A stretch of 64,000 bases of DNA from a virus, in the IMG/VR virus record IMGVR_UViG_3300032213_003144, positions 1 through 64,000 of that record; one strand, 5' to 3'. Positions 55,928 to 64,000 of this stretch are shown piece after piece. Both the position numbers and the translations under genes were made by a program. Numbering within the stretch: position 1 is the first letter of the stretch; each line of letters starts with the position of its first letter. The notes beneath the pieces are model-generated. The model made no database searches, was not told where the DNA came from, and worked only from the letters and a program-made list of their open reading frames with translations.

Positions 55928-58815
55928 TGGCTTATAAGAAGATTCTATTTCGCCGAGACACGGCTGCCGCATGGACATCAGCAAACCCAATTCTTTCTGC
56001 GGGAGAAATAGGACTTGAGTCAGACACCGGGAAAATAAAGCTTGGCAACGGTTCTACGGCCTGGAACTCGCTTACTTATTTCTACGGCTCACTACAGAAT
56101 GCAAACTATGTCCAGTCCTTGGTGGCTGGCACTGGTTTGACAATAACCGGCAACTCTGGTTCTGCGGCCACCCCAACAATCTCGCTTCCTCAATCCGTGG
56201 CTACATCGGCTTCGCCAACCTTTGCTCAAGTTTTGGTTTCAAATCTCCCAAGCGCTGATTCACATGTAGCGACAAAAGCCTACGTAGATGGAATTGCCTC
56301 TTCAATAAACTGGCACGATTTTGTCGTATACGCAACGGCAGCAATTCTTCCTGGTAGTCCAACTTACAGTAATGGCACAAGCGGTGTTGGCGCAACGCTA
56401 ACTGCTACATCAAATGCGCGTCTAATAGTAGATGGACAGAATGCATCTACAGGAAATAGAATCCTTGTCAAAACCCAAGCCGACGCTAAACAAAACGGCA
56501 TCTACGCTGTCACCGCTCAGGGAAGTGTTTCAACTCCATATGTTCTCACAAGAGCTACCGATTTTGACTCTGGTTCAGCCTATGGAAACATAAATGCTGG
56601 CGATGCAATGTATGTTGGTTTTGGTAGCACAAACCAAAGCCAAGCTTTTTTGGTTACAAGTTTTGGAACAGGAACCAACCGAGCCCACATTATTGGTACT
56701 GACGATATTACGTTTACTCAATTTTCCGGTACTGCGACAGTTACTGCCGGCACCGGAATTACAAAAACAGGAAACACTCTTTCGATTGGGCAAAATGTTG
56801 CAACCAGTGCAAGCGTTTCATTTGCTGCGGTAAATGCATATTTAAACGGTGTAGCCGCTAAAGCAGCAGTTCTTGAAACGGCAAGAATGATTGGTGGTCA
56901 GTCATTTGATGGTTCGGCCAATATAGCTATTGGTACATCAGACATAACCGGATTAACCGTAACTGCATCTGAATTAAATAAATTATTCAACGTTGCCACA
57001 ACATCGGCACAGCTTGACTATTTAAACACGGCAAGCGCAAACGTTCAGGTTCAATTAAACGACAAAGCGCCACTATATAATCCAATTTTTACCAATAACA
57101 TCACAGCAACCGGTCAGGGTTACTTCAATCTTGTAGGCAACGTGACTGGAAATGTTTTTGGAAATCTGAGCGGCAATGTAACCGGAAGCGTAGATGGAAG
57201 CACGTCAGGGACACATACTGGCCCTGTTGTAGGAAACGTAACTGGAAACATAACTGGAAGTTCTGGAACCGTCACATCAATTGGGACACACGCAATTGGT
57301 GAACTGTCCAATGTTTCTGCTTCGGTAGCAAGTACTGGGGAGTTCTTGAAGTGGGATGGATTTGAGTGGGTACCAGCTGACCTTATTACTGGTTCAAAGG
57401 CTTCAGGAAAATTCATTAAATGGAATGGCTCTAACTGGGTAGCTGACGTAATTGACCTCAATGCCGATACGGACGGAAACTTTGTAGCTTCCATAAATGC
57501 TGGTACTGGCGTAAGTCTTACAAACGGAACAGCTGCCGAATCCGGGAACCCGACAATAAATATTGGCCAAGCAATTGGTACAACTGATTCTCCATCATTT
57601 GCAAACCTAAGTCTTGGAAATGCACAGGTCAATGCAACAGGTCTTGCCTACAGCAGCGGAACAGGTCTTGCAACCGTGACCGCAGTTGGTCATGGTTTGG
57701 CTGTTGGTGCAAGAATCACAGTTACTGGTGCAACCCAAACTGACTACAACGGAACATTCTCTATATATTCTGTTCCAAACTCTTCAACATTCACATATCA
57801 ACCACTTGTTGGTCCTGGTGCGGCAATTGCATCTGGCTCATACTTGGTTTATGTTGGCGGAGCAATAACACTTGAAGGCTCAACAGACGACGCTTTTGAG
57901 ACAACAATAGTCGCAGTAAACCCAACCGCTGACAGAATAATTTCCCTTCCAAATGCCACAACTCAATTGGTTGGAACAGATACAACCGACACGCTGACAA
58001 ACAAAACTCTCACAAGTCCAACCATTACGGGTATATCTCCAGTAATCACACTTGCTGGAGATTTGAGTGGTTCGGCAACATTGACTAATCTTGGAAACGC
58101 AACACTAACCGCCACAATTGCCGCAGACTCTGTTGCTCTTGGAACCGACACGACTGGTAGTTATGTAGCCAACCTTGTAGAGGGTACTGGTGTAACCATT
58201 ACAGCCAACTCAGGGGAGGGTGCAACCCCAACCATTGCAATTGGGCAGGCAGTCGGAACCTCTTCCTCTGTAAGTTTTAATACAATTACAGTGGCAAACT
58301 TGGTCGTCACCGGAAGTCAGACCTCAACAAGTCAGGCAAACTTGAACGTTGCCGACAGCATAATTACTCTTAACTCAAATGTAACTGGGTCTCCAACACT
58401 TAACGCTGGAGTGGTTGTTGAGCGTGGAACATCTGCAAATGTTGATATTCGATGGAATGAATCTTTGGATAGATGGGAAGCCACAAACGACGGCTCAACC
58501 TATGGAGTAATTGGTCAAGGCGCCAAGATGACCATAAGCGACACCCCTCCTTCTAGTCCTGTTAATGGTGACTTCTGGTTTGAGTCCGACTCAGCAATCA
58601 CTTTTGTTTACTACGATTCCTACTGGATTGAAATTGGTGCATCGGGAATTGGAGCAATAATTAGCTCCACTTCGCCATCAAACCCAGCAAACGGCCAGAT
58701 TTGGTTCAGAAATACAACCAGCGAAACGTTTGTTTATTATGACGGAAACTGGGTTAATGTGGGCGGAAGTAGCTCTGGCAGCAATGAAATTGCGTCTATC
58801 ATGGGAGCGTATTAA
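55927..58815 (+). CDS. tail fibre protein with Mtd-N/hyaluronidase-N-like N-terminus
   Basis: RRDTAAAWTSANPILSAGEIGLESDTGKIKLGNG..AWNSL; shares repeat modules with 49424 and 50761. Confidence 0.8.
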   Translation: MAYKKILFRRDTAAAWTSANPILSAGEIGLESDTGKIKLGNGSTAWNSLTYFYGSLQNANYVQSLVAGTGLTITGNSGSAATPTISLPQSVATSASPTFAQVLVSNLPSADSHVATKAYVDGIASSINWHDFVVYATAAILPGSPTYSNGTSGVGATLTATSNARLIVDGQNASTGNRILVKTQADAKQNGIYAVTAQGSVSTPYVLTRATDFDSGSAYGNINAGDAMYVGFGSTNQSQAFLVTSFGTGTNRAHIIGTDDITFTQFSGTATVTAGTGITKTGNTLSIGQNVATSASVSFAAVNAYLNGVAAKAAVLETARMIGGQSFDGSANIAIGTSDITGLTVTASELNKLFNVATTSAQLDYLNTASANVQVQLNDKAPLYNPIFTNNITATGQGYFNLVGNVTGNVFGNLSGNVTGSVDGSTSGTHTGPVVGNVTGNITGSSGTVTSIGTHAIGELSNVSASVASTGEFLKWDGFEWVPADLITGSKASGKFIKWNGSNWVADVIDLNADTDGNFVASINAGTGVSLTNGTAAESGNPTINIGQAIGTTDSPSFANLSLGNAQVNATGLAYSSGTGLATVTAVGHGLAVGARITVTGATQTDYNGTFSIYSVPNSSTFTYQPLVGPGAAIASGSYLVYVGGAITLEGSTDDAFETTIVAVNPTADRIISLPNATTQLVGTDTTDTLTNKTLTSPTITGISPVITLAGDLSGSATLTNLGNATLTATIAADSVALGTDTTGSYVANLVEGTGVTITANSGEGATPTIAIGQAVGTSSSVSFNTITVANLVVTGSQTSTSQANLNVADSIITLNSNVTGSPTLNAGVVVERGTSANVDIRWNESLDRWEATNDGSTYGVIGQGAKMTISDTPPSSPVNGDFWFESDSAITFVYYDSYWIEIGASGIGAIISSTSPSNPANGQIWFRNTTSETFVYYDGNWVNVGGSSSGSNEIASIMGAY

Positions 58816-58831
58816 ATGACTGGAGTAATCA

Positions 58832-59137
58832 ATGGCTAATACAGCTAAAACACTTTTTAGGGGGGCGGCAACGACCAATACGGGTACAACCCTGTATACG
58901 GTTCCAGCCCTAACAACAGCTGTTGTCACCAACGTAATAGTCACCAACACATCGTCGACCGATGGTACGTTTACCCTTGCCCTAAACGGTACCGCACTTA
59001 CATCAACCCTAACCATTACTGGCAAGGGTATTTTTACTCTCGATTTGCGCCAAGTTCTTACAGCAACACAAACAATTACTGGTGGGGCGAATGCCACAAG
59101 TATTAACTTCCACATTGCTGGAATGGAGATTGTATAA
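58832..59137 (+). CDS. virion structural protein
   Basis: TTLYTVP....VTN...G.EI pattern. Confidence 0.7.
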   Translation: MANTAKTLFRGAATTNTGTTLYTVPALTTAVVTNVIVTNTSSTDGTFTLALNGTALTSTLTITGKGIFTLDLRQVLTATQTITGGANATSINFHIAGMEIV

Positions 59138-61893
59138 TGGCATCTAATCAGATTCCTGCTGGTCTTACCCCAATAACCCCTGAAGAAGTTCTTTTTGACC
59201 CAGTACAAAAATTAAGAGTTTCTACGCCCCAGGCGTTGATTGACACCGACTTTGAATACGGTACACAGATTTCAAAATGGGAAAACCTCATCACGGTAAA
59301 CAATAGACCGTTCATCTATGACACGGCTGCGCCTATTACCGGCATTACCGCAATTACGATGAGTACATCGTCGAGAACTGTAACAGTATCGCTGCCGAGC
59401 ACTACGGGTATCGCAGTTGGAACACCAATTTCAGTAAGAGACACATTCTTGGCTATTGCCAATGGTAACTACATTGTTGAAGCAGTATCTTCAAACGTTT
59501 CATTTTCGTACACTGCAAAAGCTGTGAACACTGGAACTGTCACATCAATTCTTGACTCCAATAAGACGGTTCTTTATACAGGCGCTCTTTTTACCGGTGC
59601 GGCAATCGGTGGAGCGCCAACGGTTTCGTACGTATCAAACGCAGTAACCGTAACCACAACGGTTCCTCATGGTCTTTCAATTGGCAACGAGGTTGCTATT
59701 ACTGGTGTAACAACAACAGGAACAAACCCTCCAAACGGTTCAAACTTTGTTGCAAGAATCATAAGCGCAACACAGTTTGTTGTTTATGTCCCAGCAACCC
59801 CAACTGGAACATTGACATCTACTTCTGCAGCTGTGTACACATGTCCATCTGGGCTGTTCTTGCATAGACCATTTGACGGCGGTGTTATTTTCACCAACAA
59901 CGGAACATCCAACTACGAGTCAGCGGTTCGACAGACACGTCGTTACTTCCGTTATCAGTCAGGTAAGGGCATTCAGATGTCGTCCGGAACACTGCTCAAG
60001 CCAGACTTGCAACTTGACTCCTTGACATATGCTTCAGGAACAAACTTGGTTACTGTTCAGACAAAGGAAAAGCACAACCTTTACCCAGGTTCAACAATCG
60101 TTGTTTACGGCGCAACAGAAACTGGGTACAACGGAACATTTGTTGTTTACACGATTACTGGTTACAACACCTTTACCTATACCCCAGACTCAACACCGTC
60201 TGCTGCAACAGCTTCTGGTCCGTATTACATAACCGTTTCAAACTGGTATGGAAACGTAAACAGAATCGGTCTATTTGACCAGCAGAACGGTGTATTCTTT
60301 GAGTACGACGGACAAACATTGTGGGCGGTAAAACGTTCATCTACTTTCCAAATTTCAGGAAAAGTGTCAGTTACCTCTGGCGGATGCACGGTTACGCAAA
60401 CAAACGCTGCGTTTCCAACAAGATTCTCAAAGCAACTAGGAATCGGTGACAATATCGTACTAAGAGGTATGTCGTATAGAATTATCGATATTGCAAGCGA
60501 TACATCAATGACCATAAGCCCTGCATTCCGTGGAGCAACATCTGATTACGTTGTTTGTTCAAGAACTGTTGATACAAAAGTTCCACAGTCAGAGTGGAAT
60601 CTTGACAAGTTTGACGGAACGGGTTCTTCTGGTTACAACGTTGACCTTTCAAAGATGCAAATGTTCTACATTGACTACTCTTGGTATGGAGCTGGCTTCA
60701 TCCGTTGGGGCATGCGTGCAACAAACGGAAAAGTAACTTACTGCCACAAGGTTGTGAACAACAACATCAACTCTGAAGCGTACATGCGTTCGGGAAACCT
60801 ACCTGCGCGCTACGAGACAACAGCTCAGCCTCCATTTACAAACTTGGCTGCGTCATTGTCAAACGTTGCAACATCAATGACAGTTGGAAGCACAACAGGG
60901 TTTCCAACAGCTGGAACTCTTGCAATTTTCAATACGGCAACCGGATACGAGTACGTTAACTACACCGGAAAAACAGCAACAACGTTCACTGGATTAACGC
61001 GTCAGCAAACAGGAAACTCATCTCTTGCGATTACGATTGCAGCCAACTCCAACGACGGAACAGTTTCTTCTGCTGCTGGACTCCAGGTCGGTCAGCGCGT
61101 TAACGGAACAGACGTTCCGGACGGAACCTTCATTCAAGCACTTAGCGGAACAAATATCAAGCTGAGTGCCGCAGTAACTGCAGCAAACCCAACTGTAAAC
61201 GTAACCCCAATGGGAACAAATGCCGCTTTGTCTTGGACATACTCAGCAACCAATCCAATTGGTGTTGAACTTGCATTCCCGACATACGCACCATCCATTT
61301 CTCACTGGGGCACATCAGCAATCATGGACGGAAGATACGACGATGATAAATCACTCGTGTTTACGTATGGTTCGGCGACTTCTGTAGTTGTAAACGCTGC
61401 AGCAACAAACTGTTTGCTCGCAATCAGGGTCTCTCCATCAGCGGATAACGGTACGTCTGCAGTATTTGGTGCCCGCGAACTCATCAACAGAATGCAGTTG
61501 GTTCTCAGAAACCTGGATATCACCACGACTACGGCTTCATCAAACCTCTTGGTTACAGTTGTTCTTAACGGAACTCCGTCTACCGGAGCAACTTGGGTCA
61601 AGCCATACACGGTGACATCTTCACTCGCACAGATAGCAGACTACGGTAGCTCCACGGTTACGTTAACTGGTGGTGAAATTACTGGTGGTTTCTTCGTGGG
61701 AACTGGTGCAAACTCGATTGACCTTTCTGCGGTTCGCGACCTTGGCAACTCGGTCTTGGGCGGTGGAACAACATTGAGCAGTCAGGCAATCTACCCAGAT
61801 GGTCCAGATACAGTTCACATTCTTGTACGTAACCTTGGTGCTGCTGCAGCAACAGTGTTTGCCCGTCTTTCATGGACTGAAGCACAGGCCTAA
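59137..61893 (+). CDS. large beta-rich virion structural protein
   Basis: LRVSTPQALIDTDFEYG, RQTRRYFRYQSGKG, IDYSWYGAG; repeated TV.T..HGL..G..V.I.G modules. Confidence 0.75.
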   Translation: MASNQIPAGLTPITPEEVLFDPVQKLRVSTPQALIDTDFEYGTQISKWENLITVNNRPFIYDTAAPITGITAITMSTSSRTVTVSLPSTTGIAVGTPISVRDTFLAIANGNYIVEAVSSNVSFSYTAKAVNTGTVTSILDSNKTVLYTGALFTGAAIGGAPTVSYVSNAVTVTTTVPHGLSIGNEVAITGVTTTGTNPPNGSNFVARIISATQFVVYVPATPTGTLTSTSAAVYTCPSGLFLHRPFDGGVIFTNNGTSNYESAVRQTRRYFRYQSGKGIQMSSGTLLKPDLQLDSLTYASGTNLVTVQTKEKHNLYPGSTIVVYGATETGYNGTFVVYTITGYNTFTYTPDSTPSAATASGPYYITVSNWYGNVNRIGLFDQQNGVFFEYDGQTLWAVKRSSTFQISGKVSVTSGGCTVTQTNAAFPTRFSKQLGIGDNIVLRGMSYRIIDIASDTSMTISPAFRGATSDYVVCSRTVDTKVPQSEWNLDKFDGTGSSGYNVDLSKMQMFYIDYSWYGAGFIRWGMRATNGKVTYCHKVVNNNINSEAYMRSGNLPARYETTAQPPFTNLAASLSNVATSMTVGSTTGFPTAGTLAIFNTATGYEYVNYTGKTATTFTGLTRQQTGNSSLAITIAANSNDGTVSSAAGLQVGQRVNGTDVPDGTFIQALSGTNIKLSAAVTAANPTVNVTPMGTNAALSWTYSATNPIGVELAFPTYAPSISHWGTSAIMDGRYDDDKSLVFTYGSATSVVVNAAATNCLLAIRVSPSADNGTSAVFGARELINRMQLVLRNLDITTTTASSNLLVTVVLNGTPSTGATWVKPYTVTSSLAQIADYGSSTVTLTGGEITGGFFVGTGANSIDLSAVRDLGNSVLGGGTTLSSQAIYPDGPDTVHILVRNLGAAAATVFARLSWTEAQA

Positions 61894-61895
61894 AT

Positions 61896-62672
61896 ATGCC
61901 AAGTATTGATTTTCCAGCAGGAGCAGCATCAGGGGACCAGCACACAAGCGCCGGCAAGACCTGGACATACAACGGCTCCGGTTGGGTTTTGGTAACGATT
62001 CCAACCGCAATGTTTACTGCTAGTTCTGTCACTGGTACGGCATTGCAAGATGGAACAGTAACTTTGGCAAAAATTGCCTCAGCAACAGCCGGACAAGCTA
62101 TTGTCTACAACTCGTCAAACGTTCCAACAGCAACAACCGTCACAGGAGACGTAACAATTTCTAGTGCTGGCGTTACGGCAATAGCATCTGGCGTGATAGT
62201 CAATGCAGATATCAACGCTTCCGCCGCAATTACTAATACCAAGATTGCTGGGACAGCAGTAACTCTTGCGGATTCTGGAACGGTTACCTCAGCAATGATT
62301 GCTGACTCAACAATAGTTGACGGAGATATAAGTTCATCTGCAGATATTGCTCGCGGAAAGATTGCAGACCTAATCACAAATGCCCAAGGTGCTTCGTATA
62401 CCCTCGTTCTTGCCGACAAAAACAAAGTTGTAGAAATGAATGTTGCTGTAGCAAATAATTTAAGCGTCCCATCAAACACGACTGTTGCATTTCCTATTGG
62501 CACACAAATAATTGTTATCCAAACAGGGGCAGGACAAACAACACTTCTTGGTGATTCTGGCGTAACCATAAATGGAACACCAGGAACAAAACTCCGCGCC
62601 CAGTGGTCTGGCGTGACCCTTATCAAACGAGCGACTAATACGTGGGTTGCACTAGGCGACCTATCGGCATAA
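61896..62672 (+). CDS. virion fibre-like protein
   Basis: VT..KIA-type repeats; C-terminal YTLVLAD...FPIGTQI...W..GDL domain. Confidence 0.7.
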   Translation: MPSIDFPAGAASGDQHTSAGKTWTYNGSGWVLVTIPTAMFTASSVTGTALQDGTVTLAKIASATAGQAIVYNSSNVPTATTVTGDVTISSAGVTAIASGVIVNADINASAAITNTKIAGTAVTLADSGTVTSAMIADSTIVDGDISSSADIARGKIADLITNAQGASYTLVLADKNKVVEMNVAVANNLSVPSNTTVAFPIGTQIIVIQTGAGQTTLLGDSGVTINGTPGTKLRAQWSGVTLIKRATNTWVALGDLSA

Positions 62673-62675
62673 ACC

Positions 62676-63401
62676 ATGGTTGCACTAAAAGACGTTGGAG
62701 GTAAGGAACCAGGCGCACCAATAAATGTGACCGCCACAAATGGTGCTACTGGAAACGCTATTGTTTCTTTCACTCCAAATGGAACCGGAAAAGGAACCCC
62801 CACATTTCAGGTTCTTTCAAGTGCTGGACACACAGCATCCGGCGCATCTAGCCCCATCACCGTTACCGGCCTAACTGGCGGAACAAGCTATACGTATCAG
62901 GTTAGGTGTGTTTCTAACGGCATCACCGGTCCGTATTCATTGCCGTCGGGAAGTGTTACTTCTGGTTTGGCACCAGGCGCGCCAACTGGTGTTACTGCAA
63001 CGGCAGGCAACGCATTGGCAACAGTTGCATACACTGCTGGTGCCGCTGGAACAACTGCTTCAACATTTACAGCCACCTCAACACCGGGCAGCTTTACTGG
63101 GGTTGGCGCATCTCCGATAACGGTCAGCGGTTTGGCAAACGGAACCCCTTACACATTTACGGTTACCGCATCAAACAGTTTTGGCTCAGCAATATCGGCT
63201 GCATCAAACTCCGTAACTCCAGTAGCGCCCCCATACTTTCCTCCTTACTTCCCACCCTTTTTCCCACCGTTCTTCCCTCCGTTCTTTCCTCCATTCTTTC
63301 CACCGTTCTTCCCTCCATTCTTTCCGCCATTTTTCCCTCCATTCTTCCCTCCATTCTTCCCTCCTTTCTTCCCGCCAGGTTTTGGTCCAGGTTTCAAATA
63401 G
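62676..63401 (+). CDS. two fibronectin-type-III domains plus (PPYF)2(PPFF)10 tail
   Basis: PGAP..V.AT.GN...V.GL..GT.YT..V repeats; Pro/Phe tail. Confidence 0.85.
   Translation: MVALKDVGGKEPGAPINVTATNGATGNAIVSFTPNGTGKGTPTFQVLSSAGHTASGASSPITVTGLTGGTSYTYQVRCVSNGITGPYSLPSGSVTSGLAPGAPTGVTATAGNALATVAYTAGAAGTTASTFTATSTPGSFTGVGASPITVSGLANGTPYTFTVTASNSFGSAISAASNSVTPVAPPYFPPYFPPFFPPFFPPFFPPFFPPFFPPFFPPFFPPFFPPFFPPFFPPGFGPGFK
63228..63383 (+). repeat. 12-nt coding repeat encoding PP(F/Y/G)F x13
   Basis: Direct translation; synonymous codons vary between units. Confidence 0.95.
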
Positions 63402-63415
63402 AAACAAAATAAAAA

Positions 63416-64000
63416 ATGAATTACCGAGAACTGGTTTTTGATTTAGAAAGCCTGCCGTCTGCCGACCCATCAAATATAGTCATCAAAGAAAATTTTATAA
63501 GCATAGAACACCTTGCAGAAATAATGGATTACTGTAAATCTGCAGAGTACTGGGAGTCAAGAAGTCCACTAGGTTCTGACAGTATTCATATGCCAGAATT
63601 CATTCGAAAGAATTCTCCAAAAGTGTTCTCAATCATGCAGCAATACGTGGATAACGTTCAGTATGAAGTTGAATATAAATTTGGTAGGAAACTTGAAAAA
63701 ACACAACCAGGAATACGAAAATGGTATCCAGGCGAGTATCAGGATTTGCATGCTGATGGAGAGACTTCTAGTGGGTGGCCTGGATATAACTACATCGTAG
63801 ATTACGGGTCAATAATTTATTTGAACGAAGAGTACGAAGGCGGAGAGCTATTTTTCCCAAAATATGACCTATGTATTAAACCAAATCCAGGAACTCTGGT
63901 TTTCTTCCCATCAACAAACATGTATGCTCACGGCGTTACGGAAATTATGGATGGGGTAAGGTACACATCCCCACATTTTTGGACACCAGTAAAGCACAGG
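63416..64000 (+). CDS. 2OG-Fe(II) oxygenase, prolyl-4-hydroxylase-like (runs off the window)
   Basis: Hand translation: HAD (HxD), IIYLNEEYEGGELFFP, PGTLVFFPS, HGV, GVRY. Confidence 0.85.
   Translation, partial: MNYRELVFDLESLPSADPSNIVIKENFISIEHLAEIMDYCKSAEYWESRSPLGSDSIHMPEFIRKNSPKVFSIMQQYVDNVQYEVEYKFGRKLEKTQPGIRKWYPGEYQDLHADGETSSGWPGYNYIVDYGSIIYLNEEYEGGELFFPKYDLCIKPNPGTLVFFPSTNMYAHGVTEIMDGVRYTSPHFWTPVKHR

Noticed and set aside
1-64000. tRNA, rRNA, integrase, reverse transcriptase, terminase or capsid genes
   Set aside because: No recognisable signatures seen by eye; tRNAscan or HMM searches could still find divergent ones
1-64000. Alternative genetic code (stop-codon reassignment)
   Set aside because: Long genes read through intact in the standard code, and TAA, TAG and TGA all end genes

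Overview
The window looks like part of a large tailed dsDNA phage genome. An actinobacterial host is likely, judging from a WhiB gene, TANNNT -10 boxes, leaderless starts, and DUF932/DUF6011-type proteins. It falls into four zones. (1) 1-105: a (CCTA)n tract. (2) About 0.2-27.3 kb: an 'early' region of many short transcription units of small, mostly unknown genes, plus a DUF932 protein, an SNF2 helicase, a putative ADP-ribosyltransferase, two TM-LysM proteins, an XRE regulator and an AAA+/VWA pair. This region is organised by at least five repeated non-coding motifs: a 13-bp CTAATAGATAACT box (about 45 exact copies by eye, oriented with transcription); a fixed-spacing AGCCCCG-N17-CGGGGCT-N27-ACGGGGGGCTTCCGATAA element (19 terminal boxes); a covarying CTGGCGCACCC..GGGYTTGCCC hairpin (6 copies); a conserved AGTCTG-N12-TANNNT promoter (17 copies); and TGACGGTGGTGGAWGA (7 copies). 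(3) About 27.5-48.4 kb: regulatory, replication, lysis and auxiliary genes (HA-HTH, K+ channel, helicase loader, RHH proteins, WhiB, Ntn protease, phosphoesterase, M15 endolysin, a 1391-aa surface protein, a glutathione peroxidase-like protein, and an epimerase/methyltransferase/glycosyltransferase cluster). (4) 48.5-64 kb: a holin and tail/fibre-like structural genes, ending in an Fn3 protein with a (PPFF)n tail directly followed by a prolyl-hydroxylase-like 2OG-Fe(II) oxygenase. All family assignments come from recognising motifs by eye, with no database searches, and all counts are manual.
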